A stretch of 64,000 bases of DNA from Zootoca vivipara (taxonomy: Eukaryota): NCBI RefSeq assembly GCF_963506605.1, contig NC_083282.1, forward strand, positions 76,632,001 to 76,696,000, read 5' to 3'. The notes under the pieces were generated by a model. That model did no database searches, was not told the origin of the DNA, and saw only the letters and a program-made list of their open reading frames with translations. Both the position numbers and the translations under genes were made by a program. Of this stretch, positions 23,294-34,482 are shown piece after piece (the first letter of the stretch is position 1; each line of letters begins with the position of its first letter).

Positions 23294-24077
23294 CTACAAA
23301 AGAATACAAAGGAAGAATGCATCAGTGAAGCATCTGTACCTACAGGCTCCCCTGCCCTCAGTTATACCCAGTCTAAATGCTTATGCCAACAACCATTCAT
23401 CAGAGCAACTTCCAAAATGGTAAGTCGGAATGTGTTGTTTGCTGCAGGGGATTTAAGGCCAAACTATACATTACACTGACACTCCCAGAATAGTTTTCTT
23501 TTTGGTAAAAGCAATGGGGAGTGAGTCTACACTCAGTAGGGGTCTGTGGCTACTGTTCGTTTGTCTAATTTACCTTTTACATTTTTAAATGTACACTTGA
23601 AAAACTTAAATGTGTGAGGAGGTCCAGAGGACATTTGAGAAACTGCAGACTGAACTAATGGGGCTCATATTACATTTAGGGCTGCCTAAGGCAGATGGAC
23701 CTCCTCCAGGTGTGGCTTTTGGCGTGTGAAGTCTGCTTCCCTCTGTCCTTGCTCCTCTACCATCATATATATTCCAGGCTCTGACTCCAATGTGGACTCC
23801 TATGGCCCTTCTACATGCTCTAGGCAAGCATAATGGATCTCACGATGCTAGTAAAAAACCAAGCAGATCCCATACACCTGCAGCCTGCTCACCTCAACTC
23901 TACACAGAAGGAGAGAAGTGGCTTTGTGACTGCCACATGGGACGGCCAACCAGCGCTGTGCACAGCCAGCTTCTCCTAGAAATAAGGAGAACTGGTTGCT
24001 CCTGACCTCAGCTTGGTTTGGAAATTTGCACTTATCGCACATATGCCTAGAAGAGATAAATAACTACCTGACATTTA

Positions 24078-24280
24078 CAGGTAGGTAGCTGTGTTGGTCT
24101 GAGTCAAAGCAAAATTTAAAAATTCCTTCAGTAGCACCTTAAAGGACCAAATAAGTTTTTATTTTGGTATGAGCTTTCGTGTGCATGCACACTTCATCAG
24201 ATATGCATGCACACGAAAGCTCATACCAAAATAAAAACTTAGTTGGTCTTTAAGGTGCTACTGAAGGAATTTTTTTATTT
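24078..24280. mobile_element. Penelope-like foldback insertion with 13-bp TSD
   Basis: TSD TACCTGACATTTA (24065-24077, 24281-24293); ~70-bp inverted arms; hammerhead-like core. Confidence 0.8.
24167..24204 (-). ncRNA. Minimal type I hammerhead ribozyme motif (Penelope-associated)
   Basis: UAU CUGAUGA A GUGUG-CAUG-CACAC GAAA GC UC AUA: CUGANGA core, stem II, GAAA, palindromic AGCU, stem I UAU/AUA. Confidence 0.6.
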
Positions 24281-24414
24281 TACCTGACATTTAGAAGACA
24301 TCTGAAGGCAGGCCTCTTCAGGGAAGTTTTTAATCTGTGACATTTTAATGTATGTTGGAAGCTGCCCAGAGTGGCTGGGGAAACCCAGCCAGATTGGCAG
24401 GGTACAGATAATAA

Positions 24415-24461
<47 letters not shown>

Positions 24462-24471
24462 GTTTCTGTAC

Positions 24472-24538
24472 CTGATCAATCTTCACAGCTGTGGTATTGG
24501 AATCTGTAGGCAAGTTGGATCTCTCAAGGTAAAAAGTC
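24472..24538 (-). CDS. PREX1: PREX1 coding exon
   Basis: TFYLERSNLPTDSNTTAVKIDQ; tttcag / GTACAG; 67 nt, phase 2-0. Confidence 0.95.
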
Positions 24539-24710
24539 CTGAAAATAATAAATAAGCTGTATTAGCTTGTGGTCATCTGGTTTCAAGCATTCCTATAAGA
24601 CGTTTCTTTCTAAGGGGCTGAGGAACAAGTCAATGGAAGGCTAGATGTGGCCTATCAAATACGTTTCTGTGGCTTAAGGAATGGTGCCAGAATTAGAAGA
24701 TGCTTTACTT

Positions 24711-25057
24711 CCAGGTGGCGCTGTGGTTAAACCACTGAGCCTAGGGCTTGCTGATCAGAAGGTCGGCGGTTCAAATCCCTGTGGCGGGGTGAGCTCCCGT
24801 TGCTTGGTCCCAGCTACTGCCAACCTAGCAGTTCGAAAGCACCTCGAAGTGCAAGTAGATAAATAGGAACCGCTACAGCGGGAAGGTAAACGGCGTTTCC
24901 ATGTGCTGCTCTGGTTTGCCAGAAGCAGCTTTGTCATGCTGGCCACATGACCTGGAAGCTATAGGCTGGCTCCCTCAGCCAATAACGCGAGATGAGCGTG
25001 CAACCCCAGAGTCGGTCACGACTGGACCTAATGGTCAGGGGTCCCTTTACCTTTACC
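24711..25057 (+). mobile_element. Sauria SINE
   Basis: Full body and ACCTTT tail; flanking ttacttcca duplication (24705-24713, 25058-25066). Confidence 0.92.
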
Positions 25058-25446
25058 TTACTTCCATTAAACATGGCCAGGCTCATAGTTAGAAGCTGTC
25101 ACTGGCCTCTCCTACTATTTTAAAGGGTTCATGGTATAGGGTTTCCCCACACAACAAAATGTCAGGTAAACAACTATGACCCCATTCACACATTACAATC
25201 TTGGGACTAATAAATCATGTTTTATTGGCCTGAGAATGAGCTTTGCCCTCACTTTTCATTCTCCCTTCCGGCATCTGGCTTTGATGCTTATATCCTGGCC
25301 TTGTCAATCCATACGGTACTATGGCATGCCATCCAAATTCAGAAATGATGGTTTAAAGTGCTGTTTACAAACCAGCATATGAAGCCAGAATCGGTTACTA
25401 GAACATTTGCATCCCATCTCCAATTGCTTTCTTTCTTTTTGTACTA

Positions 25447-25686
25447 CCCTGTTTCTCATATTTTAAGACATACCCATGAAATAAGCCATAGCAGGATTTT
25501 TAAGCATTCAAGGAATATAAGCCATACCCCGAAAATAAGACATAGTGATAGGCACAGCAGCAATACCGGCCATGGCAGGAGGAGGAGGAGGAGGAAAAAT
25601 ATAAGACATCCCCTGAAAATAAGCCATAGTGTGTTTTTTGAGGAAAAAATAAATATAAGACATGTCTTATAATATGAGAAACACGG
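25447..25686. mobile_element. Tc1/mariner/pogo-type MITE
   Basis: TA|CCCTGTTTCTCATATTTTAAGACAT ... ATGTCTTATAATATGAGAAACACGG|TA; internal aaataagccata repeats. Confidence 0.85.
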
Positions 25687-25937
25687 TATATACATTAAAA
25701 AGGTTCTCTTTCTTTCATTTAATACCCAAACAAAACTTGAAGTAAGAAAATCTCAATTCAAATGTATGGATTTTCTCTCAAATGAACAGGCTCAGGTGGC
25801 AAGCACCCTGGGGCAGGGACCAGCCTTCATGTATGCTACCATGTAAAGAACCACCCACACTGATAAAATCTTAATAACAATAATAATGTTGAGTACAAAG
25901 GCTGCCAACAAGCAACATTCTTTTTATGTCACAATAC

Positions 25938-26052
25938 CTGAGTTTGCGATAATACTGCTGCACCTTCTCAAGAGAGGTGGAATTAATTTGCTGCTGGAGC
26001 TCTTCCAGAGAGGAACCATTTGGCTGGGACTGGCCTTCCAGATTTTCAAGGG
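25938..26052 (-). CDS. PREX1: PREX1 coding exon
   Basis: (A)LENLEGQSQPNGSSLEELQQQINSTSLEKVQQYYRKL(R); ttacag / GTATTG; 115 nt, phase 1-2. Confidence 0.94.
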
Positions 26053-26138
26053 CTGTAATGATTTTCATGAAAAACATCATGTATTCATTATAAAAGCTCA
26101 CCCGTTTCCTTATTTCTTCTGTCACCATCACTATTATA

Positions 26139-26274
26139 CAGGCATCCCCAAACTCGGCCCTTCAGATGTTTTTGGACTACAACTCCCATCATCCCTAGCT
26201 AACGGGACCAGTGGTTAGGGATGATGGGAGTTGTAGTCCCAAAACATCCGGAGAGCTGAGTTTGGGGATGCCTG
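26139..26274. mobile_element. Palindromic hAT MITE
   Basis: TIR CAGGCATCCCCAAACTC / GAGTTTGGGGATGCCTG; perfect 8-bp TSD CTATTATA. Confidence 0.9.
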
Positions 26275-26701
26275 CTATTATACAACGTAAAAGTACACGA
26301 CACTTCTTAGAATGCTAAGTGGTTTACAATCCTGATCGTTATTCTCCCTCACCATTTCACAGATGGTGTGCCAAGACTGAGAGTCCAATAACATGGACAT
26401 AATATGTGCAGGTTACAAAACAAGCTCAATGTGCCTGACCTTATGCTGACCCTCATCCTGTCAGCATTGTGAAACGGTTTTCTAATTTACCTGCTTCGAT
26501 TAGGTTTAAGCTTCCTTAAACTTAATTTCCACTGTCTCGGACTTTGCCTTGCAGATTTAATAAGCTGCGAAAGAGCCAAGAGCTGGGGGCAACATTCATC
26601 TTTATCACCTAAGGCCCAATTACAAGCATCGTCCACCCCAATTACATTATAGCCAGTGGCTTAAAGGAAAAAAACCGAACAAACAGAATTTCACCTGTTA
26701 C

Positions 26702-26845
26702 CTTTTGTGAAGAGCACAGCATGCAGCTTCAGACTCCCCCCGTTCTGAAACCGGGAAGGCAGTTTGGAGAAGTAGTAACTGTCTAAGTAAAAGAAGACCT
26801 TCAAAACCTGCCTGTTGCCTTCAACATGGTAGAAGACATGGGTAT
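26702..26845 (-). CDS. PREX1: PREX1 coding exon
   Basis: (N)[47 protein letters not shown]; ccccag / GTAACA; 144 nt, phase 1-1. Confidence 0.96.
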
Positions 26846-27004
26846 CTGGGGAAACAAAAAGACAGGTGTTGGAGACTGCATGAGCTTTTAGAGAGAACTG
26901 TTTTAAAAAACGACCAGTTGTCACTGTGCAATAAGAGGTACTGTGGCTTAAGCTCTCCAGAAAGTTCCATCCTCTGTCTTATGACTCTTGCCTCAGCCCA
27001 GACA

Positions 27005-27580
27005 GGAGTTCATTCAAGAATGGGATAATTTCAAAAATTATTTGAAAAGCAGCTGTAATCTAAACACGGTAGTTGCCTTTGAATGATTTCTGTAAATAAT
27101 ACATACAGTGGTTCCTCGCTAGACGAATTTAATTCGTTCCACGGGTCTATTCTTATAACAAAAAATTCATCTAGCGAATCCCATAGGAATGCATTGATTT
27201 ATTTTTTTAAAAAAATTGCCCATAGGAATGCATTAATTGAATTTCAATGCATTCCTATGGGAAACCGTGATTTCTTTAAGCGAAAATTTCGTCTTACAGG
27301 GCGTTCGTTAAGTGAGGCACCACTGTATGATGGAATACGGTATCGAAATAGAAAAGAGAATTTTTACAAAATAGTAATGATAAATTAAAGCAAGATGTTT
27401 AATATAAAGGAAAATATGGAGAGGATGGGAAGTCATAGGTTCGTGTAGAAAGCACATAGTTGAAATTGTATGTATCTTCTGTGATATCTTTATTGGACTG
27501 ACTGAAATGAAGATGACTACATGTTGTATATATATGGAAAATGAATAATAAAGCATTTAAAACAAAACAAAAAACAAAAA
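27005..27580 (+). mobile_element. L1 3' end, interrupted by a MITE
   Basis: FIQEWDNFKNYLKSSC...* (L1 ORF2 end), AT-rich UTR, AATAAA and A-rich tail at ~27550-27580. Confidence 0.65.
27106..27325. mobile_element. Tigger-like MITE
   Basis: TA|CAGTGGTTCCTCGCT ... AGTGAGGCACCACTG|TA. Confidence 0.85.
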
Positions 27581-27904
27581 CCTACTGCCCCCTAATCCAA
27601 CTCATATGAGAGGGGTGAGAAAAACATGCCCTGTTCACGCTCTACTTCATTACTATGGTAGGAACATTATAAAACAACCAGCAACAAAACAAAGCAAAGA
27701 GTTGAATTAAATTACCGGTACATTAAAAGATTAGCAACGTTCTTGCTGGGTTTCAGCCAAAATGGCAACTTTTGAAGTTTTTAGTGCAAGTCCAAGTCTT
27801 AGTGGACTAAGTAAATGGGACACACAGGGGATATGTCAGTGCCCTGCAGGAAGAAGTACAAAGATATGGGGGAAAGAAGGGACAAAGAAAAGGCATGAAC
27901 TCAC

Positions 27905-28004
27905 TTGCAACAAAACACTCATCCAGTTGCCTGAAATAAAAAGCAACTTTGTCCAGCTCTGACAAAGTGGCTTGAATATCTTCCAGCATGGTTCGTTCCT
28001 CTTT
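27905..28004 (-). CDS. PREX1: PREX1 coding exon
   Basis: [33 protein letters not shown]; aatcag / GTGAGT; 100 nt, phase 0-1. Confidence 0.95.
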
Positions 28005-29399
28005 CTGATTGAGAAAATAAGTAAATAAATAAATAGGGAAAGTTAGATGGGCTGCAAATAAGAACACACAGGCCCCTTTTCCCAAGGAATCGTGAGAAGA
28101 TAGATAGATCCCCCCCAAAAAAACCTAAGCAACGCAAGGATCAGCTGAAGGGTGTTTTCTGCCACATTATTTTGGTTAAGGCTGCATCTCATCCCATCTT
28201 TCACATTGCATATTTAATTTCCCTACATTACTGTTCTTTTAAAATGAAAAATATTCCAGCAAACAAGGAAGTACTAATCTCTATGCAAAAAACACGATGA
28301 CTATCCTTCCAGCCATAATTTTAGCATCATTTTTCAATGGATTCCATTTCCATATATCCCATCTATATAGCATAACCCTGCTTCCCGCTTCCCTCTTACT
28401 GCTTTTGATGTGTACTGTACTTCTCCCTTGCACACACATTTGATGCAATACATGATACAGCTTCTCGCCAGCAGGGGACAGAAGACGCCACACAATTTTC
28501 CACCCGCCAATGCCTTTCCTGCAGTGCTCTCTACGCAGCACCAGTATTCAACCTTTCCAGATGCAGGGCCCACCTTTTAGTACTACCTGCAACATGGGGT
28601 CCACTTTCAGTCTAACCGCACATGTGCATCTATCTTACTTTTGTTCCAGAGGTGACCCAAAGCCAGGCGAGACAGGCCTCCTGTACTTTTAATAGTTTCA
28701 TGGACTAGGGAATTATGGAAGTATGTAATGCAGGGTTTTGTTGTGTGTTTTTTTTAAAGGTTTGGAATGTAAGAACTGACATATTCTTAATCAGACCATT
28801 GGTCCATGTGACTGGTGGCTCTCGTGGATTTCAAACAGAGGTCTTCCAGACTTGCCTCAAAATGTCAGGTATTGAATCTGGGACATTCTACATGCAAAGC
28901 ACACACTCTTCCACTGATCTGCATTTGCTAAAATTCCCTCTTAACTATTAAAAGTTAACTCTGTTCTGCTTTGCAGCTGGTCATCTCTCAGACAAACCCT
29001 GGACAAATAAAACGGTCGCAATTACAACCCACCTCAGATTGGAATGCATGTGGGTTCTGAAGAAAATATTCTATGGAACAACCACGTAAATGAGCAACAT
29101 GCAACCCCGTCTAGAAATTCACAGGACATGTACATGCCTATTATATTTCTCACATCTTAGGAGCACTTAAGCGAGTCGACAGAGATTTTGAACCGAAAGT
29201 TGGGCCGGGCCTCCTTCACAGTAGCGGAAAAGAGCATTCCCAGGGCAGTGGGCCCATTTATGTTTAAAGGAAACAATAATATACAGCAAATATATCCAGG
29301 GCAGGCATAACAACCTGGTCAGGAAATGAGTAAGAAGAAGACTGTAAAGTTCGTTGTTGTTATTATTATTATTATTAGCAAACTGTATTCCACCCTTAC

Positions 29400-29617
29400 C
29401 ACAGAGGGGGAGAGCAAAGACTGGTAGTTGAGCAACACCCCCGTGGCCGCTATCTGCTCCAACCACTTCTTGCTGGCTTCCCTGCTGCTCTCTTCATACT
29501 CCCCGTTGTTATTGTATCTGTAGTTGAGAGCACCCAGTAATTGCTCGGAGAACGTGCAAATGGCAGCCACCAGAGCCTGGCAGAAAATCGCGTCTCGTCT
29601 CAGCTGCAGCTCAGTGT
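29400..29617 (-). CDS. PREX1: PREX1 coding exon, IP4P-like region
   Basis: (D)[72 protein letters not shown]; tcccag / GTAAGG; 218 nt, phase 1-0. Confidence 0.97.
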
Positions 29618-29949
29618 CTGGGAGAGAGAGGGGAGAACACACAGGAATCAGGAGTTATCATTTGCTTCATGGCATGAGCCCAATGCCAAACAGTGTTTCC
29701 AACCTACATTCATGTTTCCCCCCAAAGGAATGCTCAGTTTCCCACAACAGAGAGCACAAGGGAACGGAAGGACTGTTGGCCAATAAAAGGGGTGTCCAGT
29801 ATCACTGACATGATATGCAAGGATAATAACTGCTGTTCTGCCAACACCTGCCAAGCACTATCAAATTTTAACATTTGTTTAATGACTTTCCCCCCTATAG
29901 CACCTAAGGGGTCATTTGCAAACAGCAGCAAATCAAGGAGATGCTTTAC

Positions 29950-29991
29950 CTGTGCATTTCAGCAACGCCAAAAGCAGCTGGTTCTTTCCAT
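29950..29991 (-). CDS. PREX1: PREX1 small coding exon
   Basis: (D)GKNQLLLALLKCT; ttctag / GTAAAG; 42 nt, phase 1-1. Confidence 0.94.
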
Positions 29992-30133
29992 CTAGAAAGG
30001 AAAGAAAAATATTTTTTTTAAAAAAAAAATTTTTTAAGTGAGCATAATCACATGCCACTTAACTAAGTGCTGAGTCCCAGTAAGAGATGTTGGAATACAA
30101 GCAGACTTGGAAATTGCACCCCTTAGCCTAGAA

Positions 30134-30356
30134 CAGGAGTTCCCAAACTGAGGTCCATAAGCTTCATTTAGCTCGTATGCAGCTTTTCAGTGAAGAGCAC
30201 TTAAAATTTGAATTCTGTTGAATTCTTCCATATATTCGAATTGTAATACAGCAATTGCAATTGCTGCAGCAGGCATGAAAAAAACTTTTATGTGGTCCAT
30301 CAAAACTCCCAGCCATTTTCAAGTGGACTATGAGGATGAAAGTTTGGGGACCACTG
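30134..30356. mobile_element. Older hAT non-autonomous element
   Basis: CAGGAGTTCCCAAACT ... AGTTTGGGGACCACTG; degenerate TSD gcctagaa / atctagaa. Confidence 0.6.
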
Positions 30357-30399
30357 ATCTAGAAGGCATTGCCCCTTTTCCTCAGCTCCGCATGGGCTG

Positions 30400-30605
30400 T
30401 TTACAGGTAGGTAGCCGTGTTGGTCTGCCGTAGTCGAAACAAAATAAAAAATAAATTCCTTCCAGTAGCACCTTAGAGACCAACTAAGTTTGCCATTGGT
30501 ATGCACACTGTATCTGAAGAAGTGTGCATGCACACGAAAGCTCATACCAATGACAAACTTAGTTGGTCTCTAAGGTGCTACTGGAAGGAATTTTTTTTTT
30601 ATTAT
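30400..30605. mobile_element. Penelope-like foldback insertion with 10-bp TSD
   Basis: TSD GCATGGGCTG (30390-30399, 30606-30615); inverted arms 30453-30503 / 30543-30593. Confidence 0.8.
30510..30547 (+). ncRNA. Minimal type I hammerhead ribozyme motif (Penelope-associated)
   Basis: GUAU CUGAAGA A GUGUG-CAUG-CACAC GAAA GC UC AUAC; stem I GUAU/AUAC. Confidence 0.6.
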
Positions 30606-30881
30606 GCATGGGCTGGAATTGGTTACTTAATGGGAAGGAGAAGTTGCTTTGCACATACTCTTTGAAATTACTTCATAAGTTTCCAGCACTCAGCAACTTG
30701 GAGCCCTGACAAATCTTGGCTCCAAGAAAACAATTGTTCACGTGCACAAACTAGGAAGGGGGCAAAAGTCAGACATCATGGCCAGCTCCAAGTGTGCTTA
30801 ATTAAATCTAAAATACTGTAGCAAACTGTACATACAAGCCCCACCCTCAATGTCCCTATGCATGCTGGTGGCACTTTAGAT

Positions 30882-31277
30882 CATAGGTGCCAAGTTCCGG
30901 ATTGAAAAATCCGGGATCAGCAGTGCTGCAGCACTGGAAGTCGCTTCTATGCACTTCCAGACATGTGTAGAAGCATTTCCAAAATGTCCGCAGCGCCAGA
31001 AGTTGCTTCTACGCACTTCCGGACATGCGTAGAAGTGACTTCTGGCGCTGCGAACATTTTGGAAATGGGCACAGCGGCATTGGGAGTCACTTCTACGCAT
31101 GTCCGGAAGTGCGTAGAAGCGACTTCCAGTTCCGGCACGGCACCAGAAGAACATGGCCGCTGGCAGGAGCTCCGTAATCCAGGGGAATATGGGGTATTTT
31201 GCCATTCGGGACACCTGCGGGAAACGGTAAGAAAATACGGGGGTTTCCCGAGGATAACGGGGTACTTGGCAGCTATG
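30882..31277. mobile_element. Non-autonomous hAT element, CATAGCTGCCAAG-TIR family
   Basis: CATAGGTGCCAAGT ... ACTTGGCAGCTATG; perfect 8-bp TSD CTTTAGAT. Confidence 0.88.
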
Positions 31278-32176
31278 CTTTAGATCTTTGTGCATTACAA
31301 GTTCCTGATCGTGGAGAAGCTTCTAAGCATGTCCAGCTCAGTGTGTGAAGTGGAGTCAGTGTGCCAGGACATTGGGCCAAGGGCAGGCGTACACCCCAGA
31401 CCCCTCCCCTGTTTAAGCCCTTAGGTAGTTACTCTAATGTTTGAGGAGGACTTAAGAAAATTGGAGAAGTGGTGGTTTAAGTCAGCGGAGCCTATCTTTG
31501 GTCCTCCAGACATTGGACTACAACTCCCAATACTCCTCACCATTGCAATGCAAGGTGGGTCTGATGAGACCCGGACTCCAACAACATTTGGTGGTCCAAA
31601 GGTTAAACATCCCATCATAAGTACAGTTTGCACAAGTATTTTGGAATCAAACACACCTGAAGCTGCTCTGTATTCTGATTTATGCCTCTTACCTAGTTCT
31701 TGCCCACAAAGTGTTGAAGACAGAATGCTGGGGGCAAGACATACCCAGCCCCCAATGACAGTTCACGCCATCACACATTCATATGGATGCTTCAAGGGGG
31801 TTCTAGACTCAGCAAACTCTTCAGCTTGAAGAAATCTTTGCGTTTCTTAATGAAAGCAGATCACAACTACTCTCCTTATTCAAACTAAAGCACAGACCAT
31901 TTCCATGTCAGTGAAATGGCTCAAGATGGGAACTCCCCAAGTTTACTTCACAATGTGAAAAAAAACAAATGTCGTCAAGGGATTATGACATTATCCGGCA
32001 GCCAGCGTGCTTGTCCAGAACTGCCCTTGCACTTCCTCTTCTGACGGAGGATTTTGCTGGGGAAATTCACATGGTCAAGTCTGAGCAGCATATTCCAGTG
32101 AAAAATTAGATGGAATCTAACAAAGGAATTATTGTGAGCCTGACTTATGAGGTTTGTCAGTTTCAGATATACAGTA

Positions 32177-32330
32177 GAATCACAGAATTGTAGAAGTTGG
32201 AAGGGATCCCAAGGGTCATCTCGTCCAACCCCTTGCAATGCAGGAATCTCAGCTAAAGCATCCACGACAGATGGCCATCCAGCCTCTGCTTAAAAACCTC
32301 CAAAGATGGAGAGTTCACAACCTCCTGAGG
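32177..32330 (-). mobile_element. CR1 3' end
   Basis: gaatcacagaattgtagaagttggaagggatcccaagggtcatctcgtccaacccc...gcctctgcttaaaaacctcc. Confidence 0.8.
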
Positions 32331-32608
32331 GACATCAAAAGATCTCAACTTGGATTGCCTATAGGGAACAAATCTCATCTGTTAGAAATCTCCATCTGCC
32401 AAACACAGGCCAATTATGTCTCATCAGAAATGTTTTCAGCTCATGTCAGTGCAAAAACGTGAACCCACCCAAAACTGATCCAGTCCAATGGGTAGAAACC
32501 CAGATTTGCAATAAAGGTAGCCCAGATCAATCCCCGGTCCCTCTACTACCCTTTTCACAATACGAAAATAAACCAAAGAGCTTTCCGCCAGCATCCCTTT
32601 TCACAGAC

Positions 32609-32737
32609 CTTCCACGTATTTCTGTATGGTCTCCACAAGGTTCTTGATTCGGAGCGGAAGGTTCCAGGGATCTTCTTGGATGCTGACTTGAATCTTGTTC
32701 CTGCTCCGAATTGTGGTTTCTTCTTTCTGCTTAAATT
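32609..32737 (-). CDS. PREX1: PREX1 coding exon
   Basis: (E)[42 protein letters not shown]; ctgcag / GTCTGT; 129 nt, phase 1-1. Confidence 0.94.
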
Positions 32738-33279
32738 CTGCAGAAGAAGAGGGACTTTAGGCTGAGCAATTGAACAATGCCAGAGTAGTTCAAAACAGTA
32801 CCTGACTGCATACTGTGCTAATCCCAACTAAGCCCCCTGAAAAGTTGGCTCTGATGAAAAATTAAAGCTGCAATTATTATTGTTATTGTTATTTTAAAAT
32901 ACAACATAACTGGGCGTCTGTACAGAGCAGCAAAACTAACCTGCGTTGAAACAATGCAAACATATAGTTACATCAAATAAGTCAAACATACAATAGGGCT
33001 GGAAACTGGAACTTATGAGGAATTAATGGCTACCACTGACAGCAGCAGCACAGTGTCTTTTCCTTCTGTCTCCCCTGTAACATGATGTGATGTCAATCAC
33101 ATTCCAGGTTTTCCTATCCCCTCTCTCAAGAAAGGAGAAGCGAATTCACACATCAGAAGGAAGGAAGGAGGAAGAAGAAGGGGAACGGCTGGAGATTGAG
33201 CAAGTTGCGTCTGGACCTAGCTGTAAAGTTCTGAGAAAAGCAAGATTATCCTGGGCACATGATGTTCTGGCAAGTTTAC

Positions 33280-33370
33280 CTTGTAAACTGTGGTCCATTG
33301 GAAAATGTTTTGTTTCTTCAAAAGCCTTGCTTATTACTGGTCCTTTGAGAAGGGCATTGATAGCATCCAC
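33280..33370 (-). CDS. PREX1: PREX1 coding exon
   Basis: [30 protein letters not shown]; ttgcag / GTAAAC; 91 nt, phase 0-1. Confidence 0.96.
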
Positions 33371-33848
33371 CTGCAAAGAAGCACATTTAGTGAGTCTTGA
33401 AAATTCTTCAAGAGTTTCCAGAGAGGTGGTTTTTTTATTTATTTTTCTAGGGGAAACCATGGGCGGTAACATATCTCATCAGTGCAAGAAATTCTGCTTA
33501 CACAACTCCTTCCCCCATGTGTGCCCCATGCCCTCCCCAAATCGCAATAGCTAAATTGGTCCAAGACCAGAAGGAGTATATTTCTGAACACCAAGTGCTG
33601 TGGGCGAACAACCGAAGACAACTGTCATGCTCTGAGGCACTCAAGATGAAGCCAAGTAGATGAGCCATGGCCTGAATGAGCAACAGAATATTTGTTGAAC
33701 CCCATCACAGAGAATGTCAAGAAAAGAGCACCCAATTGCTAATCAACGTTACTGGTTCCTAAGCATCTGGAAGAGCACGCACTCTATGAGAGTATGGCAA
33801 AAGCAGTGAAGATCACTGTTCTACATAATAAGCGTTTGTGTCACTCAC

Positions 33849-33931
33849 CTGGTTAAATAGATGCTCGAGGCAGCCGTGCAGTTTGTCTTGTTTGTCTGAA
33901 GGTATCCTCATGTCATTGGGGAGTTCATCAC
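33849..33931 (-). CDS. PREX1: PREX1 coding exon
   Basis: (G)[27 protein letters not shown]; cattag / GTGAGT; 83 nt, phase 1-0. Confidence 0.96.
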
Positions 33932-34393
33932 CTAATGGTGGGAACAGTAAAACTTGGGGCTTGTTTTCATGCAAACATATTCCAATGGAAAGAATGTCAG
34001 AAGTAAAGGCCTATCTAGAAATTTAATATATAATGACAACAGCAATATCAATTACAACTACTTTAGGCTGTAATCAACCACCTCCTTATACGGTATCTGT
34101 CTGAAGGGGTGAAAAGGAAAGAAGGAGAACTGAAAGTGCTCTAAGAACCAAGATGAACAAGATGACCCAACTGATTTTTGAAGTTTCCCTTTCCACTTGA
34201 ACATAGCGTATGGCATGGGCTTTTTTTGTTCCATAAGCCTGCAAGGAGGGTGGTTGCTATGGGGACACTAAGAAAACACAAGTGAGCAGCTAAATAATAG
34301 ACTGGCATCTACTGGAGAATTGGCTCATGGTCCACACATTGTTGAACCCTGCTTTATTAATGGTCTCATTATAGAAGCACAGCGTTCACTCAC

Positions 34394-34482
34394 CTGATCC
34401 CATCTCATCACTGCCCAAATAAGAGCTGTTACTCCGTACGCTGGTGTAGGAAAGCACAGAGTCCCGGTTACTGTTGCACTCA
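34394..34482 (-). CDS. PREX1: PREX1 coding exon, Ser-rich loop
   Basis: [29 protein letters not shown]; ttccag / GTGAGT; 89 nt, phase 2-1. Confidence 0.96.

Larger units (their letters stand above)
24052..24460 (+). mobile_element. L2 3' end with (ATT)n tail, interrupted by a Penelope-like insertion
   Basis: aactacctgacattta|gaagacatctgaaggca...gctgcccagagtggctggggaaacccagcc; same family as 13995; (ATT)n at 24416-24460. Confidence 0.8.
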
